DNA from: Balamuthia mandrillaris
Taxonomy: Eukaryota
Assembly: GCA_031835245.2 (NCBI GenBank)
Contig: JAVKOQ020000077.1
Span: forward strand, 62,001-126,000
Direction: 5' to 3'
DNA length: 64,000 nucleotides
Shown here: positions 12,201 through 23,400 of the stretch, one piece after another
How the letters are laid out: every line of letters begins with the position of its first letter
Position numbering within the stretch: position 1 is the first letter of the stretch
Position numbers and translations under genes: made by a program
Notes under the pieces: model-generated
Seen by the model: only the letters and a program-made list of their open reading frames with translations
The model's database searches: none
What the model was told of the DNA's origin: nothing

Positions 12201-13411
12201 GGAGAAAAGTAACGTACAACAAAACTGGAAGCTTTTGGAATTGTGTCCTTTTCCAACAAGAGAGAATAGACCACTTAAGTGAAACTGATCGTAGGTAAAA
12301 TCGAATTCTTGCATCGAGGCAGCTTTGTTCGATCCGAACAACTGGGTAAAGCTCGAATGAAGAGAATGTAACTGTATTTGTCAACCCTGCCAAGTAAGAA
12401 AATGGCAAACGAAGATATACAGAAAAGAGACACACACACTCGAAGACAAACAGAGACGAGAAACAAACCTTTCTTGTCTGGAATATTTTAGTACCTTTAG
12501 ATGCGTCATACAAAGCGAAAGAGACGTTCGGGTGGATGAGCGCTATCCTCTCCATGCTTTGCTTGATCTTTTCCAACTCTGATGACTTGGCAAGACGTTT
12601 CTTACGAACCGGCATTGTAAAGAAAAGGTCCCTTACGGTCACTGTTGTGCCTATGTTTCTGTAATAGTCTGCTCTTCCCATTTTGACCACTTGCCCTGCC
12701 TTTAAAGAAAGAAAGAAAGAACAAAGAACACAAAAGAAGAATGGAGTAAAGTACAAAAACTGTTAAAACAAAACTGCGATTCAAAGAGAACTCATGCTTT
12801 TTTTTTATACCTGCATAATCTTGGTTAGAGTAAACATGCTATCCGTTGACCGCGTCACTATTTCCAGTATCGCCAACTTGGCCAAACTGCTCAAGGCTTC
12901 CCTGTTTCGACCAAAGCGTAACATAATCCCAACTAGTCAGTTTTACGCAAACAACACGGGCTGGAATACCAAACCCTCTAAACCCGAACGTGGAGATGCT
13001 GTTGAGGTCATCCAACGTGTGGCACTTGGAAGTTGCTATCAACCCAGGGTTAGAGGTGTTGATTCAAAATACAAACAACCACCACGATAACAAACCATAA
13101 CGTTCGCCTGCTATTTCCAGGTCCTTTTTGGTCATACCCCTGCCGTCATCACGAACTTCAAACGTGCTGTTGGATGCATCCACGCTCACAACTATGTTTA
13201 GCGCACCAGCATCGACCGCTGCAAAGTAGAAAAAACAACAAAACGAAAAACAAGCAAAAGATAGAGTTGGTATTCTATAAATCTGAAAAAAAAAAAGAAG
13301 AACGGTACCATTCAAAACAAGTTCTTCTACAGCTTGTGCTTGCGAAGAGATGTTAAACGAGGAGCGAATAGACTCCACCACCCCACTATCCAATCGGCTC
13401 AGCATGATCAT
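9288..13411 (-). CDS. MLH3: DNA mismatch repair/meiotic crossover MutL homolog MLH3 (multi-exon)
   Basis: GHKL ATPase motifs AVEELVLN|AVDAGA, DDGRGM, TSK, TFGFRG|EAL, GTTVTVRDLF; EPAKTLVEF; endonuclease motif DQHAVDERIGLE; C-terminal FQCAHGRPS. Confidence 0.92.
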
Positions 13412-13609
13412 TGCAATCCTTCGCTACGTTTTTGTTTTCTTGTCGGCAACTTCCTTTTTTTTTTGTTTCATCAAATTTTTCCTCGCAAATTTTTTTCTTG
13501 TAAAAATTAAATTTCTAATTTTGGTTCCAGGAATTTTTTGGGATGATTTTTATGAAATTTCGAGAAAATAAATGGATAAAAAACAAAAAAAATGTACAAT
13601 GCTCTGCCA

Positions 13610-13947
13610 TCATTTGAGCTTGGTGAGGTAAAGCTTGAGAGTGTTTTGCGTGACGAGACGCAAGGCATCGTCGTAGTCGCTTTGTTTCTTGAGGGAGACC
13701 TTGTCACCATCCTTGTCACGATACCGCAGACTAAACTTGAACTTGAACTCCTCTCGCAGCTTTTTCTTCAGTTCCAAGAGACTCTCTTTCTCCGAGATCC
13801 GAATGAGCTTGATGACTTGGTCGTTGCCTTTACCACAAAAACATTTCACCACCAACTCTGCATCCAAATCTCCAACTTTAGGTTTAAAAAATATATTAAA
13901 AACAAAGTTGTTTGACGAGAAAAGAGAAACTGGAGATAAAGAGAGAG

Positions 13948-13988
<41 letters not shown>

Positions 13989-15020
13989 CTTGATTTCCAA
14001 GATTCAACACTAGAAAGACTGTCCTCATAGCTGCCGTCAGTATGGTGCTCTGCGTCGTATTTCAGCTGCTCTATGCACTTGAGGAACCGCAGCCGATGTC
14101 CAAGCTTCATGATGCCATAGCCTTTGAGGTCCATCTTGCTCAGGCTCAATAAAACTTTTCCAGTCACGCCACCATCCACCAGCGCCTTTTTATATTCCCC
14201 AAATCCAACCTGAACCAGACAAAAAAGTGTAAACATGTTTGAGGTCAAAGTGGATATTCGTTTCGTTGTTTCGAGGTTGATTGATAGGAGTAACAAACCA
14301 TTTCGGCCCATAGACCAACTTCGTATGGTATCCATGTGTAAGGAGCTATAGAGAGAGAATAGGAACAACAAAGAGAATAAGTTTACCGAACAGAACAGAC
14401 AAATGAATGGGGAAGAAGATGAATGAGGCCAAGATGAGGAGCAAGGGAAGAAGGAGCAGGAGAAGGAAACGGAGAAGAAGGAGGAGGAGAAGGACAAAGA
14501 CCGAAAATCAAGACAAGTCAGCAAGATACGAGAAAAAAAAACTGCATTCGAAGGAACGTACACTTCTTCCTCAGAATAGGAATGATGAGGTTGGCAATGC
14601 AGTCGCCCAAGGAGTCAACCCAGTGCTCCCTCTCTTCCTCGGTCGGCGCAGAGAATACAACGACGGCGCCTTCCTTCTCTTTCAAAGAGAAGAAGTAATG
14701 GAGCCGGTTGGGAGCAGCAGGGACCTGCTCCTTCGTCATGTGCCGCACTTCGGAGCGGTGATCAAAGCTAACCAACATCGTTGGTTCTTGTGCCTGTTAT
14801 TTTGTGGAGGATGAAAGGAAAGGAAAAGTGAGAAAGAATAGCAAGAGAGCAGAGAAAACGCAAACAGAAAGCCGAGGGGAGTTACAGTCGGAGACGGAAA
14901 GAAGAACATGGTGTCGTCCTTAAGGTGGAACCAGCCTTGCACCCATTCGTCCGTGTCTGGATCTTGTGTTGTCAAGTAGCCTTCCAACAACACGTCCGGA
15001 TGTGCGCCTGCATTCATCAT
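13610..15020 (-). CDS. PH + SAM + PB1 domain signalling adaptor
   Basis: PH: LLEGYL..WVQGWFHLK..FSAPTEEEREHWVDSL. SAM: VGFGEYKKALVDGGVTGKVLLSLSKMDLKGYGIMKLGHRLRFL. PB1: VKC..LRYRDKDGDKVSL..DYDDAL. Confidence 0.85.
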
Positions 15021-15255
15021 TTGTTTCGCCTCTTCTTCTTCTCCTTGTTTTCTATTTTTTCAAGTAACGCGAGATTTTGGTTGTCCTGGAAGTTTTCCAT
15101 GACGACACGAATATGGTGATCATTGGTGATGTCACAATTTCCCGATTTTCCGGATGGCAAACCAACCCAAAAAAATGCCAGAAAACCCAGAAAAAAAACA
15201 CGGTCGACAAAAATACAGAGAGCCAACCCCACACAGGTCGCAGAAAGCAAGCTGG

Positions 15256-15958
15256 ATGGATGTAGAGCCGAGCAAAAGAAGAAAGAAGCAAACAGAGAAG
15301 GAAGAGCGGACGAGAGGAGATGCAGGAGAAGAGGAGGAGGAGGAGGAGGAGGAGGAAGAGACGGAAGAAGCAACACAAGAACGCAAAAGGCAGCCACCCT
15401 TCCGAGTACAAGTGGAGTGCGTTGGGTTGTTCCGTTTCATTACGGTGGTGAATGACCCATGCATGACGGTGGAGGAGCTGAAGGGAGTGTTGGAAAAGGA
15501 GATCATGGACCTGTACGGATGGAAGCTGGAGGTGCGGTGGCTGAAGGACTCGCTACAGAACGACCTGGTCCCCAAGTACCGAGTGAACCAACTCATGCGG
15601 GACATGGACCAGGTCTACATTTATGTGGAGACAACCCAACAAGCGCCATCCAAAACCTCCTCTGGAGGAAGAGAAGCTTACCTTAAAGAAGAAGAAGGAA
15701 ACAAAGGAAAGGAAAGAGAGGAAGAAGAGAAGAACGAGACCCGAAATCATCGGACAGAACAACGGGCCAGTGGTACTATTTCTCCCTCGTTTTTTTTTTT
15801 TTCGTGGTTTTATTGACTAACCTCCATTTGTCAAAGGTTCGCAGCAAGAACAAGGAAACCAGCCAGAACAACAACGAAAAGAAGAGGAAGAGGAAGAGGA
15901 AGAGGAGGAAGAAGACGTAGAGCAGGCCGAAAGCAGCGACCTGGACCAAGAGGAGTGA
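15256..15958 (+). CDS. Small acidic protein with a ubiquitin-like domain resembling the Net1/Dnt1 N-terminal Cdc14-binding domain
   Basis: TVEELKGVLEKEIMDLY..LEVRWLKDSLQNDLVPKYRVNQLMRDMDQVYIYV fits the L-x-D-x3-DL-x3-[YF]-x-V pattern; intron ~15772-15836. Confidence 0.55.
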
Positions 15959-16245
15959 TTGGCGTGTATTTAATTATGCAAGAACATTCATGTCGTCCCG
16001 AATTTAAATTAAATTAATTTACGAGGAGTCACCCCCAAAGGAAAAATTATGAAATTTCAGGTGTCGACATAAAATTCATTTCTTCCCAACAAACAAAAAG
16101 AAAAGGAAAGAGAACATTGACAAGAGAGAGAGAAGAGTGAGCACGAGGAGGGCAAAGAAGAAGGAAGGGTTAGAAGTCATTGGAAATCTGTTTTTTTATT
16201 GTTGGCAAAAAACTCTTTTACTTAAAAAAAACCACCAAGAAGAAG

Positions 16246-17309
16246 ATGTCCAAGAGAAAATTATTGCTCAAGATTGTGGTGTTGGGAGACTCTGGCGTCG
16301 GCAAAACCTCGTTGCTCATTCGCTACGTCGAAAACAAGTTTACCGTGAACACAAAATCTACCATTGGAGCCAATTTTTTGAGCAAAGATGTTGAGGGTAC
16401 CTTTCTCTTTTTTTTTTCCTCTTCTCCCTCTTTCGTGTTTTGAAGAGCCTCAAAAAAATTTTGTTAACAAAATTATTTGCGTTGAAAAAGTTGGAGAACA
16501 GATTGCTACTTGCCAGATTTGGGATACAGGTTTGTTTTTCTTTCTTTTCTTCTTCTTCTTGCTTATCCTGATTGCCCTTTCAAAAAAAAAAAAAGCTGGA
16601 CAAGAGCGCTTTCAAGGACTGGGTACCGCGTTCTACAGAGGCTCCGATGGAGTCATCTTCGTTTTTGATGTGACCAACCGAAAGTCCTTTGAGGTACACA
16701 TTTCTCTCTTCCCCTCTTTCTCTTCTCTTCTCTTCTCTTCTATCTTTCTTCCTTCTCTTTCTCTTCTCTTCTATCTTTCTTCTCTTTCTCTTCTCTCCTC
16801 TCTTTCCCTTTGTTCTCCTTTCTTTAGTAAAACAAACCACAAACAACCCCCTAATGAAAACAACAAAAAAAAAAAAAACAAGGAATTGAACCAATGGCGA
16901 GAGGCGTTTTTGATCCAAGTGGGCCAAGAAGGCAACACAGAGTTCCCAATGCTCATCCTCGCCAACAAAGTGGACATGGAGGAGAAGCGAGTGGTCTCTC
17001 GAAAGGAGCTCGAAAAGTGGTGCCAGCAGGAAGGTCCTTATTCCAATTCTTTCCTTTGTATTCTTCTTCTCGCCTATTTCTTTTTCTTTCTTTTTTGACT
17101 TTGCCTTTCTCTCTTTTGTTGAACCAAAAGGCGGAGGGCTTTCCTGGATGGAGACGAGCGCAAAGGATGGCAAGAACGTGGAGGCAGCCTTTGAGAAGGT
17201 GGCCAGCCTGGTCGTTGCCAGAATGGAGCCGGTGGATAACCTCCTGGACACCGTGGACCTCTCCCAGAGTCCCTCTGGTCAGAAGAAACAGGGAGACTGT
17301 GGCTGCTAA
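16246..17309 (+). CDS. RAB7: Rab7-like small GTPase (5 exons)
   Basis: [58 protein letters not shown]-terminal CGC prenylation motif. Confidence 0.9.
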
Positions 17310-17516
17310 ATGCATGGCTTTGTTCGGCCTTCTTTTGATGCTAGCACAACAAAAGAGAGAGAGGACAAAAAAAAAGGTTTTTAAACAAAAAGAAGCAGCT
17401 TTTTCGTTATCATGATTATTTTCTTTCTTTAACTATTTATATGTTCACATGAAACACCAAAAACAAAGATAAAATAATAGATATTTTTATTCTACAGCTC
17501 TCTCCGCTCTCTGGTT

Positions 17517-17661
17517 TTAATAGTACCAAAGATCGCATTGTTTGAGGCGTTCCTTCCAGCCAGCACACGCGTGCTTGTGTTTCTTCCAATGGTCCTTCTG
17601 GCATTCTCTGGAGCAATACCTCGCCACTCCGCATTGGCCGCATAACTTGACTCCAAAACTT

Positions 17662-17715
<54 letters not shown>

Positions 17716-17989
17716 ATAACCAAGAAAAGAGAAGAGAGCAAAGAAAGAGAATAGAGAATAACGGACGATTGGCAGCCTTTCGAATTGTCAGCGTTTGCGT
17801 TCCAACAAAGAGGATATGGCTTCAAGCTAAGATTCGGCAACGAGAAGATTCGTTGATCCACTTCGCTCCATATGAAAAAGCCTTTGGTGATGTTTGCATT
17901 TAATAAGAAAAGCCAGAGTACAGAATAAACAGAGAAAAGAAGGGAAAGAAAGAAGAAACAACCGGAGCAGATAGAAGGAAGAGAGAAAG

Positions 17990-18021
<32 letters not shown>

Positions 18022-19188
18022 ACGAAAAAGAGCAGAGAGCAGAGAAAGGGATAATTACAGATGACTTCAGAGTTCGTGTCAAACCGATCCAAACAGAGTC
18101 CAAAATCCTTCAAACCAGCTCCATAGAGAGGGTGAAGGCAAAACCAAATAAAACGTGGATCAGTAGCCTCCATAACGTTATATTCTTCCAACATTGACAA
18201 TGGAACAAAGAGACGCATCGTAGGAAACAGTAATCTCCTGTTTGGCGAAGTGAATGAGGTTATTACGTAAAAGGCAATAGGAACAAAGACAATAACCAAA
18301 TAAAGTGGGGAGAGGAGGAGGAGGAGGAGGAGGAGGGAGGAGGAGGAGGAGGAGGAGGGAGGAGGAGGAGGAGGAGGAGGGAGGAGGAGGAGGAGGAGGA
18401 GGAGGAGGAGGAGGAGGAGGAGGGAGGAGGAGGAGGAGGGGAGGAGGGAGGAGGAGGAGGAGGAGGAGAGAAGGAGGAGGAGAAGGAGGAGGAGGAGGAG
18501 GAAAAGAAGAACAAGAACAAGAACAAGAACAAGAAGAAATAGCGGAGACGAGAAACAAAGAATCAAAGAAAAAAGAAACAGAGAAAGAAGGACAGGAAAA
18601 AGAACAAGAAAAACTAGCGAGAAGAAGAACAACATACGTGGCTCCTAGCTTTGCTGCCAGTTCATCTCTTAACTCCTTGTTCTCCCTCATGAACTGCTCC
18701 ACAAACAGCTTAAAGAACTCCCAAAGGGTGTCACCCTCAGCCCTCCACAGGTGCCTCTCCTTGGCTTGCTTGGTGACAAAGTCAAAGAGCAGCTTCACAA
18801 AGTTGGCAATGTCCTCCGCGTGTGGACCCGGCGGAAAGCCATCCGCCTCATCCTCCTTGGAGAGCTCCTCGGAGAGAGGGGAGGAAGGGCTAGGCATGGG
18901 CCTCATGTTGGATATGCGGAGGCCCTCCCCGTCTTTGGTGGGCAGCAAGGCCCATCGAGAACGAGGCTTTCTCATACATATGCGAATGGTATCATCTTCC
19001 TCCTCCTCCTCTTCCTCCTCTTTTACAAAGTCATTGTGTAGTGGCGGTTGTTCTGTCAAGTCATTTCCTTGTGATGAATCGTGTTGGCGTGATGATGGAG
19101 CGAGTTTAGGTTTACCACTGCTACTACTGCCACCTCTACCACCTCCTCCTCCTTTTCGTTTTCCTTTGCGCCCTGCCTTGCGGCCCAT
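17517..19188 (-). CDS. MYND zinc-finger protein (multi-exon)
   Basis: CWN..|..CGQCGVARYCSRECQKDHWKKHKHAC in the last exons. Confidence 0.8.
18310..18540. repeat. (GGA)n/(AAGAAC)n intronic microsatellite
   Basis: Tandem repeat visible inside an intron of the MYND gene. Confidence 0.9.
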
Positions 19189-20466
19189 TCAAGCTTCCTC
19201 TGGCAGCAAGTGCACTGCTTTTGCCCTGGTCGGTGCGCGCGTTTACCGTTTTTCTTCGGTTCTGCTACTTTTTTTTTTGTGTCGGGATGTCGACAGAAAA
19301 GGAAAGGAGACCGAGCGAGGACAAAGGAGCTGGAGGAGGAGGACGGGAGAGTGTCAACTGTCGTCAAGGGAGGAATTTATGTCGACATGAAAAAAAAAAG
19401 GATCCTATCGCGGCTGTTCTTCAAAAAAAAAGGGATCTATTTGACTTCTCATCTCTGTTGCCCACTTAAAAAAAAGTTTTTAGGGCTTTCACGCCAGTTT
19501 TCTTTCGGTTTTTTCCCTCATTCCTGTTGCGATGGTAACACAAGTTTATCACCATAGCGACCCGGTGCTTCCCTCCGCATCGAACTCATGCAGACCACGA
19601 ATGGTGCAGGCGGAGAATAGTAGATCAAAAAGAAACGCTTTTTCTGCACCAAAAAATCCGACAGGGCAATTTGGTCAAAGGTTGGTTGAACGTTAGAGAA
19701 ACTGCACTGAAATCTCCCGTTTATTAATTAAGATTAAGGTAGGATGCAGAAGGAAAGAATTGCCTTAAGTAGGTGATGACCAAGATTGTTTTGTGTCCTT
19801 ATTTCGATGTTTATGAAATTTCGATCGTAAGATGTGCGTAGTTCCTCGTCACACCGTGATGTCACCCAAGCCAAAAAAAGAAAGGTTATCCATTTTCCAG
19901 TTTTCTCAAATCCCCGCCACCATCTGACGAGATATCCTTCATTCTGATGCTTTGGAAAAAAAACAATTGTACGTGCCGATAAGCCAATGCTCCGTTTGTT
20001 TTTTTTATTTTGCGTGCTCCTGCCCCCTAAAAAGAGGTTATTGTGGTGTGTGTATCCCGAGTGAAGCGTGGTGGTAGGGAGCGCTTCAAGACAGCAGGAC
20101 ACAAGAGCACAGGAAACGAGCTACCTAGGCTTCATTTTTTCAAACACGTTTTTCTCTCTCTCCTCGCTTGAAAACCCATTTGTTTGCTCCAAGTAATTTT
20201 TTTTGGTCGATAGAGCAAGTAAAAGCAAAAAAACAAAAGAGAGAAGAAGAAGAAGAAGAACAGTCAAGGAAAGAACAACAAGAGAAAATAAAGAGTTACG
20301 AGTCACGTTACGCACAGAGCGTTTTTGTGCGGCATTCACGGGAAAGACGAAGCCCTCACGACAGCGCAACCATCAACAACTTGCCAAGGCCGCAACGTTG
20401 GAGGACCCCAGCCAGGCGGCAGCACCCCCTGATACCTCGTGTCAGGACACTAGCGGCGGCGGCTGC

Positions 20467-23400
20467 ATGGAGAATGACGGGGAGGCCAACAACGCTCGGA
20501 ATGCTGGCGTCAGCAACCGGTCGCGCTCCCCCGCCGCCACCTCCTCCTTCCCCTCCCCTTCCGCCTCTGCTTCTTCCGGAGGCAGGAGGAGGTACGAAAG
20601 CGCTGAGGTGTTAGTGGAACTTTCCAGATATCCTCCGCCTCCCCCTCCTCTTTCTGGCACAACATCCGGAAGTACATCTTCTCACTCTTCTTCCGCCTCC
20701 TCCAATCCTTCACATCGACCGAGAAGACAACAGCACCATCGCAAGAGCAGGAGCAACAGCAGCAGCAATAGTAACAATAATTCTCCGCAACGCGACGACT
20801 CGCACAGCCAAAGGCGTTCAAGAGGTGGTGGTGGTGGCGACAGAGGCCATAGCACGCGAAGGAGCAGCAGCAGAGACGGAAAGACATCCAGCAGAGGTCA
20901 TAACAACAAGAGCCACAAGAGCAACGAGGACACCGAGGGGCATTCGCAAGGAGGCAGCAGGACCAACGCCAACCAGGACCATCATTTGATGCTGACTCGG
21001 GAGGGAGCTCCCACATCTTCGGTGGCGGAAGCGGCCCTGGCGCTGGCCAATAACAGCGCCAACAATTCACAGCAACAACCACCACCACATTTACAAAAGA
21101 CTTGCGACCCACAACCCCAGCAGTTTCGGTTCGGAAAGGCAGAGGCAGAGGCAGTCGTGGAGGCAGCGGCGGCGGCGGCATCCTCGGGCTACGAGCAGCA
21201 GCCACTTCCTCCTCACAAGTTCCCACCTCAGCAGCCCCCGCCTCAGCAGCTGCACCAACACCATCAATACCAGCAGCCGCCACAGCATCAAGGATCGCTG
21301 TTGGGACAGGACGGCGTGGAGCTGATACAGGGAGGGCTTAAAGGTACCTGTCTTTGTTGGTTCATCCGGAAAATTTTTTATTCCTCTCTTTTTTCTCCGG
21401 TGACTGCATTTTTTTTTCCGAAGTGAAAGGAACGAACAAATGCAGAAGCCATCTGTCACGGAACCGTTTTTCCTTACCTCTCATCTTTTGTTTTCGTCTT
21501 CCGCTTGCTCACCTTTTTCCATTTCTTGTTCCTCCCTTTCACTCTTGTTTGCCAAACATGGACACAGGTATCCCGGCGTTTCTGCCAGACCCAACCACGA
21601 AGAGCCGACGGGACGACTACGACGCCCATCTCCTGGACTTGCTCGTCTCGAAGCTGACTTCCACTTCTTCTACATCCGCTTCCTCTGCTTCCGCTTCTTC
21701 TTATCCTTCCTCTTTGTCATGCTCCTCCTATCCTCCCCCTCCACCAACATATACGGAAGAACTTCCTCCTGCTTATTATTATCAGTCGAGTCAGCAAAAT
21801 CAACAGTCACAACAGCATCCTCCACCACCTCCTCCTCCCTCTCCCATTTGGAGTCCCTCTCACTACAGTAGCTCCTACAAAGCGGAGAGCAACGTGGTGC
21901 CCACTAGCACCGCTCATCCCGACACCACTCAAGGCCACGTCCAACCGCACCATCGTCACGCCCAACAGGGAAACGGCTATATTCTGGAGGACAGAACGAG
22001 GTTCCATTGGAGCGACCCTGCCTTTGAACGCACCACTGCTACTGGTGGTGCTGGAGGACTTTACCAACAACAGCAAAAAGCACAAGCGCAACCGCAACAT
22101 CAGCAAACACAACGTCAACCAACACAACCACAATCACAACATCATGGCTCGCATTCGAGCCAACAATCAGCGCGACAAAACCAACGAAAGCGTCGATCGC
22201 AGAGGCCGACGTCGCCATCAGCGTCATTGCAAAGTCACAAAGCGGCTCCTCCCACACATCGTACCACTCCCGATTTGATTAACCTGTTGAATCCATTGGC
22301 TGAGGGCGGCAGCAGCAATAGCAATACCGCTCCGCAGCAGCGGCGGTCACGTTCTCCTCCTCCCCCCTCCTCTCCATCTCGGCACCATCATCATCATCAT
22401 CTGCATTATCATCACCAGCCTGATGTTGCTCCTTCTCGTTCACTGTCTCCCCATCCCCGTCAATCCTCTGGTGTTCCTCTGCCGCCATCCTCTTCCGCCT
22501 CTGATCACTATCACCACCATCTTCATCACCATCATCATACTCATCATCCTTATCATAACCTACCTTCTTCGTCTTCCTCCTCTTATGATCCTACCAACAC
22601 TAACACCAACACTGCCACCAACGTTTCTGTTCCTGTACAAAGAAACGACAGCGGAGAACAACCAAATGGCAGTAGCAACAACAATAGCAACAACGGTACG
22701 GGTCGGGTAGACATTGGCAGCGGTGGCGGCTTTTATGACCAAACCTATCCTCGATACGAGCCCTCGCCCTATCCTTCTCCTGTACTGGGCGCTTCTGCGT
22801 CCGCCTCTCTGCCTTCCTCTCCTCACTTTTCATCGGCTATTACCGACATTAAAGAGGATATGCCACCACCCTATTCTACGTATCCACAATCTCATCCTCA
22901 CCTTCATCCTACTAAACACCAACTTTCTACGGAGCAGCAATATCCTGTGCCAACAACAACTAACACTTCGCAGGAGCGTCATGGGTCTCCTACCCGCAGG
23001 AGGTACGACCTTTCCAACCTTCAACAAACTGCTTCTCCTCAACCACCATCACAACCACACCAACCACGCCAACAATCTTCCATTCCTCGTCGCCACAGTC
23101 TTCCTCCGCACACCTACTATTCTTTTTCCCAATATCAACAAGCAAACAATAACGGCAACAACAACAACAATAATAGTACCAGTCCACCATCAGAAGAGTC
23201 CAACTTAATGGAAGCTCTTCTTCATGAGCTACAAGAGCTGAGAGAGGCCAATGACCATTTGCAAACGGAGGCACGAGGACTGAAGGACGAAATGATCAGG
23301 ACCGTCAGCAAGGTTGACCTGACTGGTGGCGTTGGCGCGACAGAACCTCGCACTCCTGCCTCTCTTGTGGCTGCTGCCGAGGAGACACGCAAGGAACATC

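Noticed and set aside
19770..19950. Possible C/D box snoRNA (GTGATGA ... CTGA)
   Set aside because: No terminal stem or recognisable rRNA-antisense element identified by eye.
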